This document shows, piece after piece, positions 1 to 10,106 of a stretch of DNA of 64,000 bases. The stretch comes from an uncultured Methanomicrobiaceae archaeon (GTDB lineage Archaea; Halobacteriota; Methanomicrobia; Methanomicrobiales; Methanoculleaceae). The DNA lies in NCBI GenBank assembly GCA_963826525.1, contig CAWGXH010000005.1, positions 295,933 to 359,932 of the forward strand. Direction: 5' to 3'. The position numbers and the translations under genes are program-made. The notes beneath the pieces were generated by a model. It was not told the origin of the DNA. It searched no databases and was given only the letters and a program-made list of their open reading frames with translations. Each line of letters opens with the position of its first letter. Position 1 is the first letter of the stretch.

Positions 1-124
1 GTTCACAAGAGTCTGACGCGGCGTATCATGGTACTTGGGTAACTGCGAGAGATGCCGGAATTATTCAGGGCAGAATGTTCCGGGCTATGCCCACCTTTAA
101 GATATAATATTGGTACTTTTATAT

Positions 125-494
125 ATGCAGATCAATTTTAAGCGATACGGGCTGTACCTCGTCCGGTGGCAGCTTCTCGACGCCGATCCTTGCCGTCGCC
201 CTCTATCTTCTTGCGCCTATCGGAGCGCTGGCTGCAACGGTCGTTGCAAACTTGATCGGCGGGCTCATCTTCTTCTGGGTCGATCGGTTCATCTTCACGT
301 CGCAGGCGCTCGCCGCCCAGTGGGAGGTGCGGGAAGAGATCCGATGCGTCGACTGCGGCAGAGTGGCGCGTGGATACCGGCTGGTGCGTGCCGATAATTA
401 CGACCGGAGCGGAGACGCCGAGCCTGAGTTCCGCTGCGAGGAGTGTTCGAAGAAGAAGTCCGAAGAACTCCGCAAGAGGGGCATCAGGCTGTGA
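125..494 (+). CDS. Small membrane protein with C-terminal CxxC...CxxC zinc-ribbon-like motif (frameshift near 175)
   Basis: MQINFKRYGLYLVRWQL joins, after a 1-nt shift, a hydrophobic segment and ORF 252..494 (CVDC...CEEC). Confidence 0.6.
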
Positions 495-506
495 CGGAAC
501 CTCTCC

Positions 507-1065
507 TCACCGGATCAGCGTGAGGACAGCACATGCCGCAAGCGGGACGACCAGGTTATCGTCGATCGGGGAGACGACCTCGACTATTCCTGTCACCACA
601 GCGACGAAGAGCGCCGTCCATGGCGGGATGAAGAGCGAGAGGGCAGCAGCGGTCGCGATAATCCCGGAAAGCGTCCCTTCAACCGATTTTTTCCGGTACA
701 GTGTGTGCTTCCCGATCCTGATACCGACAAGCGTCGAGACGCTGTCGAGGATACCGAGGGTGACGAGACCGATGGCGGTGAAGAACGCGACCAAAGACGG
801 TGTAGCAGAGGAGTGCGCTGATCCCGTATGCGAGGGTGCCCTTCATCGGCACTCTGCCCCGGCGTTTAACCTCATCCAGCAGGGAGACCAGCCCCGGGAT
901 CGGGATATCGTAGCCGCGGGTTATGACGTCAAGGATGATAAAACCGGTGAAGAGGACGAGACTCAGGAAGATCAGGGCGGTTCCCGGCTGTACGGTGACG
1001 AGGATCAGAGCCCCGAGTATACCCATCAGGAAATGCACCGTCTGCCGGAACACCTCGTCGACCAT
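507..1065 (-). CDS. Polyprenol/phytol kinase (SEC59/DGK1/VTE5-like CTP-dependent membrane kinase), frameshift near 795
   Basis: N-part EVFRQTVHFLMG (ORF 679..1134) plus C-part DSVSTLVG...KKSVEGT...DDNLVVP (ORF 507..794) are family motifs. Confidence 0.75.
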
Positions 1066-1190
1066 CGCATGATTCTCACAATCATACTGTTTAAATTCTC
1101 CTGCAGCAGGTATCCGGCGATCACCCCCTGTCACTCGCGTTACTTTCTTAAGGTCTTCTCCTATCTTACTCCGGAACAGGGGATCTGTAT

Positions 1191-1958
1191 ATGAGAAGAA
1201 ATGTGTATGCCAACCCGCCTATCTCCGAGGCGGTATGCGAATTCCGGTTTCCACTGGAGATGCCCTGGGATATGACGTTCCCGGGAATTTTGTTCGAAAA
1301 CATGAAGAGTATGTATCCGAAACGGGATCAGCGATGGGTCCGTGAGGTGGTCGTCATGCTCGGTCCCGAAGGGCTCCGGGAAGAACTCCTGGTCACCGAA
1401 CGCTCCATGCTCTCGACCGAGGACGGCACCTGTGCCGTCCAGGTGGGGCCCCGGCTCTTCTCCGTGAACTGCCAGAGACCCCACGCAGACTGGGACGAAT
1501 TTAGCCAGCGGATCGACGGTGCATACTCCCGCTTCCGTAACGTCATCGGCGTGCCCGGGATCAGGACACTGAACCTTCGCTACATCAACACCATCGAGAT
1601 TCCGGAAGAGGAGATCGCCCTTGGCGATTACTTCTCATTCTACCCGACCTTCCCCGAAGCGCTCAAAGGGCTGCCGGTCGGATTCATCTCCGGTGCGGAG
1701 TTCTCGTTCGAGGAGGGACGGGACAACTGCCGGGTGGAGCTCACCGATGCGGTGGCCGATATGCCCGGGACAAATGCGTTTCTCCTAAACATCGACTACT
1801 ACCTGACGGAAGAAGGGGATATTGCACCCGATGACGTGATGGCGTGGATAGGCCAGGCACACGAACGGGTGGAGATGATCTTCGAGGCCTGTATCACCGA
1901 TAGGCTGCGGAGTCTCTTCGGGCGACGAAGGGAAGAAGAGGCGCTCGCCGCACCGTAA
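1191..1958 (+). CDS. TIGR04255 family protein
   Basis: N-terminal YANPPISEAVCEFRF, LRYINTI, and C-terminal FEACITD pattern. Confidence 0.75.
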   Translation: MRRNVYANPPISEAVCEFRFPLEMPWDMTFPGILFENMKSMYPKRDQRWVREVVVMLGPEGLREELLVTERSMLSTEDGTCAVQVGPRLFSVNCQRPHADWDEFSQRIDGAYSRFRNVIGVPGIRTLNLRYINTIEIPEEEIALGDYFSFYPTFPEALKGLPVGFISGAEFSFEEGRDNCRVELTDAVADMPGTNAFLLNIDYYLTEEGDIAPDDVMAWIGQAHERVEMIFEACITDRLRSLFGRRREEEALAAP

Positions 1959-2016
1959 TGTGAGCGGGAGGTCATCTCCCGCTCATCTTCGTATCGGCGA
2001 TCTCCTGGCCGGTCGA

Positions 2017-2440
2017 TCACTCCAGGCTTCCCATGTCGACGCCCACCAGCCCGACGACGGTGCCGTTTGAGTCCTTTATCGGAGCATATCCGGAGATGGC
2101 GGTATACGTGACGTTACCCCACTGTGCGGTGTAGAACGCGGGTTCCGCGGAGGGCTCCACAAATCCGGCGAGAAACGCGGTGTCCAGAGCCGTTGGATAG
2201 CAGACATAGCCGATCGGCGCTCCGTCATTGATACTGTAGTCGGCATCGACGATGTACTCGGTGGCATTCCCCACCTTCCGCATCGTATAGATATAGAGGA
2301 TATCGGAGTTGGACGACCGGATGGCATCGAGCTGGTCACGGATATCGCGATGAACTCTTGCGTATCCTCATCCCCCGGCTTGAGCGCCGCCAGGGCGTCA
2401 ACGGCGATCTGGTCTGCGATCTCCACTGCAAGGACTTTCG
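2017..2440 (-). pseudogene. Truncated paralog of the Cache sensor domain of the 2988..3808 gene
   Basis: ALKPGDEDTQEF...YTMRKVG...DADY...GYAPIKDSNGTVVGLVGVDM closely matches the neighbouring gene. No TM helices or HAMP domain, no clear start, and a frameshift near 2345. Confidence 0.65.
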
Positions 2441-2746
2441 GATCGCTTTCTGCTGTCTCCGCCGGCACCGGTTTCGTCTTAATGCAAAAAGCCGGTTTTC
2501 GGACTTCCCCGGCAGCGTTTACCAACCCCTGTGTACTGCCGGTGCGCGGCCCTTATGCCGCGGCGCCCAGGAGAGCACGAGATCCGTAAAGGTACAAAAT
2601 CCGCTCGTATTCGCTGGTCCGAACGTAGGGCACGGCACCGGGCTATGAGAAAAGATGGTGGACGATTACGGATATCGAGGGGGGTTTAAACCGTTACCCT
2701 CAATTACCCGGGCAACTACCACCGTGAGTGGGAGAGGATCCCCCTC

Positions 2747-2977
2747 TCATCCCATGCGGGTAATCCTTGATGCGAGTTCTTCGGCTTTCTTCTTCTCGAT
2801 GATCAGTGCCGCCGATGTGCTGACCCATGTGGCCAGTTCGGGGATGTGCGACTTCTGCAGATCGGTGAATGCAAGACCGTTTAAGTGGGACTTTGTCTGC
2901 CGTTCAAGAAATCGCTCGGCTGCCGGGCCGAGATACTGAAGAGATACTTTCAGTACCTCGTCTGAGAGCTGGCTCAT
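2747..2977 (-). CDS. 76-aa helical protein (YLGPAA motif)
   Basis: MSQLSDEV... has its own AGGAGG RBS directly upstream of the ATG at 2977. Confidence 0.65.
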   Translation of the reverse strand: MSQLSDEVLKVSLQYLGPAAERFLERQTKSHLNGLAFTDLQKSHIPELATWVSTSAALIIEKKKAEELASRITRMG

Positions 2978-2987
2978 CCAAACCCTC

Positions 2988-3808
2988 CTACTTTGTCCCG
3001 TACTCAGGTCCATCATGATCTTGAGGCTCGCGACCATTCGGCCGAAGGACTCCGCGAGTTCTCCGATCTCGTCTTTCCGCTCGACGTCGACGGAGACGTC
3101 GGTGCTGCCCATGCTGATCGCATTTGCCGTTCCGTTCAGTTTCTTGATGTCGCGGATGATCGTCCGCGAGAAGAGAGCGATGAACCCGCCGGCAACGAGA
3201 ATGGCGATACCGATTACTACGAAGATGGTGTTCCCGATGAAGTCCTGCCGTGCGATCACCCGGGAGCTGTCCATGTCGACACCCACGAGCCCGACGACGG
3301 CGCCGGCCGAGTCCTTCACGGGAGCATACCCTGATAGGACGGTGCCCCACTGGTCGGTGGTGAACTCGCTGTCTGCAGAGGATTCCACAAATCCGGCGAG
3401 CAACTCGGGAACTGTCTCGTCGTAGAGATCGCCGATTGCGGCTCCGTCATCGATACCGTAATCGGCATCCACGACGAACTCGACGGTGTCCCCGACGTTC
3501 CGCATCGTGTAGAGGTAGAGGATCTCGGGGCTCGAGGACCGGATGGTATCGAGCTGGTCACGGATCGCGACGAACTCTTGCGTATCCTCGTCCCCCGGCC
3601 GGAGCGCCGCCATGGCGTCACCGTCGATCTGGGTTGCGATGACCGCTGCCAGCGCTTTCAGCTCGTCCTGCGTGGTCTCCTTTAATGCTGATTTCGTCTC
3701 TCCATAGGTAAATACAAACGTAAGCCCTGATATAACGAGAATCAGGACGATGAAACTGACCGTCAGTTTGGTCTGAATGCTCTGTTGCCACGGTGTCAAA
3801 ACACACAC
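2988..3808 (-). CDS. Membrane Cache-like sensor + HAMP protein without output domain
   Basis: TM, extracytoplasmic domain (DQWGTVLSGYAPVKD), TM, HAMP (ERKDEIGELAESFGRM). The likely true end is MMDPEYGTK* at 2988 if one base is missing near 3010. Confidence 0.75.
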
Positions 3809-3959
3809 TCCTTTCCGGATACTCTATTTTGGAGGGCAAAACTTAAACATTCGTAAATGTTTCGGCGATTCTGAATGCCTGTATGGCAATTTAACGGCGT
3901 ATTTTTGGAGTGCTGGAAAAATACAGTGCCCTGGGATTTTTCCAGTACCCTTGGAAACA

Positions 3960-4653
3960 TCACTTCTCGACGATGTACCGGACGAGGCTTTCGGGCCTGA
4001 TTCCGACGGCGTTCAGGACAAGGACCAGAAGATAGAGGACGCTCAACCGGTATTTCCCGACCGCGGCATACCGCCGGTGCGAGGCTCTGATCGTCCGGTC
4101 AATCCTGATAAGTCTCCCATACTGCCGTGCCGCCCGGGAGAAGACGAAGTCCTCAAGATAGGGAAGCTGCTCATACCCGCCGATCCGGAAGAAAGCCTCT
4201 CTCTCGATGAAGATGCCGAAGTCTCCGAAGTATGTCTCTGTCCTCTCTGCGAGGATGTTGCCGACGGCACTTGTCAGACGAAGCAGGGGATCCTGGGTGT
4301 CGAAGGAGTGCAAAAAACCACCGCCGATCACGGTATCTTCCGCACACACCTGCTCGATAACCCGCAGGGAATCGTGCGGGATCCGGCAATCTGCATGTAG
4401 AAAGAGCAGAATAGCACCTGCGGCATGTGCTGCCCCGGCATTCATCTGGAGCCCCCGCCCCTTCGGTGATGTCAGCAGGAGAAACCTGTGGCGAAGCGAC
4501 GAGGCGACAGCAGCAATCTCCCGGAGCGTCCCGTCCCGGCTGCCGCCGTCGACGACGATAATCTCGAGATCCCCGGCAAGACCGTCGACGTGCGAGAGGT
4601 ACTCTAGAATAGTTCCCTCTTCGTTCAGGACCCGGTGTGATGATAGATATCAT
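3960..4653 (-). CDS. TIGR04283-family GT2 glycosyltransferase (rSAM/selenodomain-associated transferase 2), frameshift near 4632
   Basis: MISIITP(V)LNEE, IIVVDGGSRD, GRGLQMNAGA, LLFLHADC, YFGDFGIF, LEDF. Confidence 0.8.
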
Positions 4654-4735
4654 AGTCCCCGCATGACTGCAGTCACCGTCATCAACATATATGATAATGT
4701 CATGGTAGGGGGTGTGGCTTCAGGGGCTCGTCGGC

Positions 4736-5860
4736 ATGAGTAATAACCGACAGACGACAGAGATCGAAGACAGCATAGTTTCCTGTGGGTGTCTCCACCT
4801 CGATGCCGGAGAGGTAATCCGCTATTTTGAGGAAGAGCGGGTCTACTCTATCCAGATAGAATCGAATCTCTCCTGTCCTCAGGGTTGCCGTTATTGCTAC
4901 GCATCGGCAGACGGTGCGCACGCATGGGAACTTTCGGCCGAGGATATCTCCGCCGTGCTCTATGCAGGAGCAACGATGGACGTGAAGGCAATCGAATGGC
5001 TCGGCGGCGACCCGCTGTGCCGGCCGGACTGGTACGAGCTGATGGTTCACGCCGCGGATCTCGGATTTGTCAATAACATATGGACGAGCGGGATACCGCT
5101 TGCGGACCCTGCCGTTGCAAGCCGGGCAGTCGAGGTGACGGAAGGCGGGTTCATCTCCGTGCATCTCGACAGCCTGAACCCCGGGATCTACGGTCTGCTG
5201 CATACCGGAGACGCGGACGCGAAGATCCGGGCGATATGCCGCGGTATAGAGGCCGTCCTCTCCCTCGGAAAGCCTGCCGGCGAACTTGCAAACTGCATCA
5301 CCTTCACGCGCCCCCTGGCCGGCGACGACGTGAAAGAGACGATGCGGCACTTCTCTGAGGACCTCGGGATGAAGATCTGCCTGACCCAGATCTGCAGCGT
5401 CGGCCTTGCGGAGGTTCATCAGGAGTGGATACCGACCCCGGGGGAGATCCGCGACGCCTGCAGAGAGCGGGATAGGATCTGTTTCCCCGATTCGTCATGG
5501 TCGCTTGGTACGATGGACGTGAACAAATTCTACTGCGGCGGAACTGTCTGTGTAACGGTGGACGGCGATGTCACGCCCTGTTCGGTGATCAGAAAGGGGT
5601 ATGGCAACATCAGGGAGAGGTCGCTTCGTAAGATCGTGGAAGAGCACCGGGACGATCTGCTCTTCTCCCGGATGAAGCAGCCGGGTGCGAACCCTTCCTC
5701 CTGCACCTGGTGCGAGCAGAGTGCCATCTGCTGGGGATGCCGGGCTCTGGCATACTACGCGACAGGGGATCTCTGCGGAGAAGACCCGAAGTGCTGGCGT
5801 GCAGCCTTCGGAGGTGAGAAGCAGGGGGTGATCTCGTGGGCAAAAAACGGATGCCGATGA
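4736..5860 (+). CDS. Radical SAM/SPASM-domain protein
   Basis: CPQGCRYC motif, GGDP, and Cys-rich SPASM (YCGG...GDVTPCS...CTWCEQSAICWGCRA...DPKC). Confidence 0.9.
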   Translation: MSNNRQTTEIEDSIVSCGCLHLDAGEVIRYFEEERVYSIQIESNLSCPQGCRYCYASADGAHAWELSAEDISAVLYAGATMDVKAIEWLGGDPLCRPDWYELMVHAADLGFVNNIWTSGIPLADPAVASRAVEVTEGGFISVHLDSLNPGIYGLLHTGDADAKIRAICRGIEAVLSLGKPAGELANCITFTRPLAGDDVKETMRHFSEDLGMKICLTQICSVGLAEVHQEWIPTPGEIRDACRERDRICFPDSSWSLGTMDVNKFYCGGTVCVTVDGDVTPCSVIRKGYGNIRERSLRKIVEEHRDDLLFSRMKQPGANPSSCTWCEQSAICWGCRALAYYATGDLCGEDPKCWRAAFGGEKQGVISWAKNGCR

Positions 5861-6642
5861 TGGATATCAACGTCGGTGACGTGATGACCGCCTATGAAGG
5901 ACCGGTCGGCCGGATCTGGGAGATGCTGATGGGAGAAGAGATCCATGTCGGCGGCGAGGAGGAGACCCGGACTCTTGCGGAGATGGCGGGAATCGGTGAA
6001 GAGAGTCGCGTTCTCGACGTCCTTGCCGGTCTCGGAGGGCCGGCGAGGCACCTTTCACGAAGGTATGGTGCGACGGTGATGGGCCTTGACGTCACGCCCC
6101 GCATGGTCGCCGAAGCAGCAGAACGGACGAAGAACGAAGGGCTCGACGATCGCGTCACCTTCAGGCAGGGGAACGCCCTTGATATGCCTTTCAGATCCGG
6201 CACCTTCGATATCGTCTGGGGACAGGACTCCTGGTGCTATGTAACCGATAAAGACCGCCTGCTGAAGGAATGCAGCAGGGTAACAAAACCGGGAGGCACC
6301 ATCGCCTTCACCGACTGGGTGCAGACCGGGCCGATGAGCGATGAGGAGCGGCACACCCTCACCACCTTCATGGTATTTCCGTACATGGAGACGCTCGAAG
6401 GATATACCGAACTCCTTACGCAGAACGGATTCGTGGTGACGAGGCGGGAAGATATCAGTGATGGTTTTGCCCGGCAGATGCACCGCTACCATGCATGTCT
6501 CACCGGCGAGCTCAAGCGCGAGATCGTCAATCTCTTCGAGGAAGAGACCTTCCGGGATGCGGAATGCGGACTCGCACTCTGGAAGAAAGCCGCCGAAGAA
6601 GGGAAGGTAGGCCGCGGCCGTTTTATCGGGCGGAAACCCTGA
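5836..6642 (+). CDS. Class I SAM-dependent methyltransferase (sarcosine/dimethylglycine- or sterol-MT-like)
   Basis: VLDVLAGLGGPA motif I, GNALDMPF, FDIVWGQD, KPGG. Confidence 0.85.
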   Translation: MGKKRMPMMDINVGDVMTAYEGPVGRIWEMLMGEEIHVGGEEETRTLAEMAGIGEESRVLDVLAGLGGPARHLSRRYGATVMGLDVTPRMVAEAAERTKNEGLDDRVTFRQGNALDMPFRSGTFDIVWGQDSWCYVTDKDRLLKECSRVTKPGGTIAFTDWVQTGPMSDEERHTLTTFMVFPYMETLEGYTELLTQNGFVVTRREDISDGFARQMHRYHACLTGELKREIVNLFEEETFRDAECGLALWKKAAEEGKVGRGRFIGRKP

Positions 6643-7337
6643 TGCAGGCAGCTGCCATCATGGCCAAAGCGCCGTACGCGGGGCACGTCAAGACCCGCCT
6701 TGTACCCCCGCTCTCTCCGGCAGAAGCGGCTCTGCTCTATGAAAGTTTTCTGCTCGATACGATCGAAGAGCTCGGGCGGGTGAGCGGCATCGCCCCGTTC
6801 CTTGCCTATACTCCCCGGGCTGCAGAGCCCTACTTCTCCGGAATCGTACCGAAGGGGTATACGCTCATCGCCCAGTCACCGGGGGATCTCGGCGACCGTC
6901 TCGCCCGCGTAGCGGAGGCACTCTTTCGTCGCGGTGCGACCGCAGTGGTACTGCTCGGCAGCGATACGCCGACGCTCCCGATAGAGCTCGTTCACCGTGC
7001 ATTCCGGAGCCTTTCACACGCCGACGTCGTTCTTGGCCCATCAACCGACGGCGGCTACTATCTTATAGGAATGCAGAGGCCGACTCCCGGACTTTTTGCC
7101 GATATCCCGTGGAGTTCCGGGCGTGTTGCTGCATGCACGCGTGCCCGCGCCGGAGACCTCGGGGTGACGGTATCCCTCCTTCCACCCTGGAGCGATATCG
7201 ACACGGCGGACGACCTGGAGCGGCTCTGCCGCACGCTCGCCGGATCCCCGGAGAATATCGGTCCTGCCCGGCATACCCGATCTGCGCTTGTACGGCTCGG
7301 ACTGCTGCCGTCAGAGGCGGCCGATCACGGCCGGTGA
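6642..7337 (+). CDS. TIGR04282/DUF2064-family transferase (rSAM/selenodomain-associated transferase 1)
   Basis: MAKAPYAGHVKTRL, QSPGDLGDRL, GSDTPTL, GPSTDGGYYLIG, DIDTADDL. Start overlaps the upstream stop (TGATG). Confidence 0.85.
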   Translation: MQAAAIMAKAPYAGHVKTRLVPPLSPAEAALLYESFLLDTIEELGRVSGIAPFLAYTPRAAEPYFSGIVPKGYTLIAQSPGDLGDRLARVAEALFRRGATAVVLLGSDTPTLPIELVHRAFRSLSHADVVLGPSTDGGYYLIGMQRPTPGLFADIPWSSGRVAACTRARAGDLGVTVSLLPPWSDIDTADDLERLCRTLAGSPENIGPARHTRSALVRLGLLPSEAADHGR

Positions 7338-7534
7338 ACCTTCTTGATCGCCTCGAAGAGCTCTGCCTGGCTGGTGTACTGCCGATCGTCGATCTTACGC
7401 AGAGCATTGACGACCTCGTCGGGTGCGTCCTCCTGCTCGGCATAGTCGATGAGTTCCTGCTTGCTCTTCGGGTACTCGAGAGCGACCATATACTCCTGCA
7501 CACGCTGCGTGCCGAATCCCATCCTCTGTCCCAT
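7325..7534 (-). CDS. DUF2795 domain protein
   Basis: EYPKSKQELIDYAEQEDAPDEVVNALRKIDDRQY pattern, with an AGGAG RBS. Confidence 0.75.
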   Translation of the reverse strand: MGQRMGFGTQRVQEYMVALEYPKSKQELIDYAEQEDAPDEVVNALRKIDDRQYTSQAELFEAIKKVHRP

Positions 7535-7784
7535 ACGCGATCTCCTCCTTTCGGGCTCCGTCCTTGAGATCCGGGAATATAAATGTATCGCCATCACGGC
7601 GGATCTGCGAAAAGTACAGGATCACGGCAGGTGCTGTGCTGAAAAATCCCCGCGAGCTTTGTGGGAGTCCAATGTGTGCGCAAAGGCATTCAGAAGAGCA
7701 CCTGCAGGGTGGAGGACTCGCGGCAGAACAGGTGAGCGTGAAGAGGCATGGTTGCCGCACTCACCGCTCACCTATCCTGCAGTC

Positions 7785-7991
7785 TCACTCGACCTGGCCG
7801 ATTCCTTTGCTGACATCAACGGCGGAGTTGTACTGCTGGTCGGGGATCGCCCGCAGGATGTTGATGACATCCTGATCGGCGTTGTTCTTCTTTGCGTGCT
7901 CGACAATCTCCTGCCTGCTTGCAGGATAGTCCATACCGGCAAGGAACTTCTGGATGTATGCCGGACTAACACTTCCTCGCTGTTCGGCCAT
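7785..7991 (-). CDS. DUF2795 domain protein
   Basis: LAGMDYPASRQEIVEHAKKNNADQDVINILRAIPDQQYNS, with a GGAGGTGA RBS. Confidence 0.8.
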   Translation of the reverse strand: MAEQRGSVSPAYIQKFLAGMDYPASRQEIVEHAKKNNADQDVINILRAIPDQQYNSAVDVSKGIGQVE

Positions 7992-8253
7992 AATTGTCAC
8001 CTCCGCGACGCTGGGCACCGTCCTCAGTATTTCGTATATACCTTACTACGATTCGAGGATTGAGGGGTACCATTCTTCCGGACTGCCGGAGTATCCCGGA
8101 TACTTCTCCTTTCACCAAGAACAGCCTGCCGGGGGGGAAATCCCCGCCCGGATGCCGGTAGCCTGCTCTCCTGCGCCTGGTGAAGGCTCCCCCGGTATCC
8201 ATGGCGTGCGTTGCCGTTGTCAGGAAAAACTACCTGTCAATGGACAGTCCCGA

Positions 8254-8880
8254 CTATGAGGATTTTTTTCCGCTCGCCGATGCTTCTCCACCCTTCTTCG
8301 CGACACGCTTGCGGGTCTCCTCGTCGGCAGCCTGAAGGCCGCGAACCTCGTGCGGGGCCGTGCCGCCGGCACGGGCGACACGTTCCCGGGTCTCTTCGTC
8401 GGCAGCCTGAAGGCCGCGAACCTCGTGCGGGGCCGTGCCGCCGGCACGGGCGACACGTTCCCGGGTCTCCTCTTCGGCGGCCTGAAGGCCGCGGACTTCG
8501 TGCGGGGCCGCACCGCCGGCACGGGCGACACGTTCCCGGGTCTCTTCGTCGGCAGTCTGAAGGCCGCGAACCTCGTGCGGGGCCGTGCCGCCGGCACGGG
8601 CGACACGTTCCCGGGTCTCCTTATCGGCAGCGGCAAGCCCGATTTTTTCACCGGACGAAGCTGATGTCGATGCAACGTCATGTCCAGCGAGCGCTTTGCT
8701 GATATCAATCGGTGAGTGATACGTCGAATCAGGCAGGCTCTTCAGAGTGTCGATGATATCCTTATTGGCATCATTCTTCTTTGCCTGATTAACGAGGTCC
8801 TTCCTGCCGGCCGGATAATCGATGCCTTTCAGATACTTTTCGATTACCACCGGATTTGCCTTTATCTCCGATTTTGGCAT
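8254..8880 (-). CDS. DUF2795 domain fused to KGG (GsiB/Con-10-like) stress repeats
   Basis: N-terminal LKGIDYPAGRKDL..., then 25-aa repeats ending ARAGG/AKKGG. GGAGGTGA RBS. Confidence 0.8.
   Translation of the reverse strand: MPKSEIKANPVVIEKYLKGIDYPAGRKDLVNQAKKNDANKDIIDTLKSLPDSTYHSPIDISKALAGHDVASTSASSGEKIGLAAADKETRERVARAGGTAPHEVRGLQTADEETRERVARAGGAAPHEVRGLQAAEEETRERVARAGGTAPHEVRGLQAADEETRERVARAGGTAPHEVRGLQAADEETRKRVAKKGGEASASGKKSS
8287..8640 (-). repeat. Coding tandem repeat, 75-bp unit, about 4.7 copies
   Basis: GGCAGCCTGAAGGCCGCGAACCTCGTGCGG recurs at 8326 and 8401. The unit translates to GLQAADEETRERVARAGGTAPHEVR. Confidence 0.95.
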
Positions 8881-9286
8881 TATCCGTCACCTCCCGTGAC
8901 GGCGGGTTTCATGGCAGCACTAATATATTAATCCCTATTATGCCACATTCCCCGTCACGACGTACGGTTCCATCCTTGCGGACATGAGGAAACTGTCGGA
9001 ACACCCAGCCTGCCGGAGCATCCCGCCGGACTGCCTCTACCATGACAATTTCCAATTTTCCGGCGCAAGATCCCGATACTAATCAACGGGTACATATCTC
9101 ACGAGGAGCACACCGTCCGGTCTTATACTCCCCGTATACACTTCGGTAATCACCGGAAGGTTCATCCCGGCCAGGTGGCGGAGAGGAGATGCGCGGCCGG
9201 AGGGGATCGTGATAACTGGCCTGGGGAAGAAAAAGGTGTTCGATCGCCCCCTGCCGTCCGACCCTCCTCGGACGGCGGGAACAAAG

Positions 9287-10046
9287 TCACGCGAATGGTG
9301 TGAGATCGCGCAGCAGCCTTCGGATCTGTCCGAAGTGCAGTTCCGGCCTTGCTAGAATACAGAGATAGTCCTCACCAAACGGGGTGATGAGCAGGTTTCC
9401 CTCACGGTAGAAACTGGTCATCTGTACAAAAGAGCCCAGATTGGTGATCGAGGTGAAGCAGGACGCCCAGCGGATCATATCCTCCGCCGTGGCAACGAGG
9501 TAGTCGAAATCGGCATCACCGGCCGAACTGATGACGAGCCCTTCTCTGAAGCGGGCGACTGCTAGTATCCCGGGCTCGGCCAGCAGGCAGGCGGGATCGG
9601 AGCCCGGGTGTTCATCGCGGGGCTCTGCAGCGTCACGCTCCGTAAGTGATGGTGGCGAGGCTTTCCGGACGGGAGTCTCCTCCGTATGCAGGCATTCCGG
9701 AACTGCAGGTGTCGGAGGCTCGTCGTCGCCGTATGCAAGAGCAAAACCCTCGCCTGAGCAGGCGGCATACGCTGCCAGAAACTCGTCGTGCGAGTAGCGT
9801 CGCATATCAAAGTCAAGGAGAGACTGCTGTGCGAAGTGACTTCTGAGCGGCAGGTCCCTTTAGCATATTGGCCGCATACCGGAAGTAGTATGCAAGCGGC
9901 GTCCCCTTCCGCACCAGAATGAAGCCTTTTCCGTCCTGAACCGTGATCGCTACGATTCCGACGAACCTGGCCGTATGCGAATAGATCCACTCAAGCGGTG
10001 CCTGCATCTCTCCGATGCTCGTTCCCTGAGGCAGTCTGTCGATCAT
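9287..10046 (-). CDS. DUF2226/PATAN-like N-domain + roadblock/LC7-like C-domain protein (frameshift near 9815)
   Basis: N-part LPQG...FVGIVAITVQDGKGFILVRKGTPLAYY joins the ORF 9287..9805 C-part GILAVARFREGLVI...GQIRRLL (roadblock-like pattern). Confidence 0.55.
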
Positions 10047-10106
10047 AGGACGAAAGGTGTGGTTTTACGGTGTTCACCGGCGGTGCAGAACGTTATTCCT
10101 GCAGCG

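Noticed and set aside
2747-3808. 353-aa HAMP-small protein fusion in the ORF track
   Set aside because: An internal AGGAGG RBS before ATG 2977 and an alternative stop at 2988 favour two genes joined by a 1-nt error.
8287-8640. CRISPR-like array
   Set aside because: Contiguous 75-bp in-frame units with no unique spacers; it is a coding repeat.
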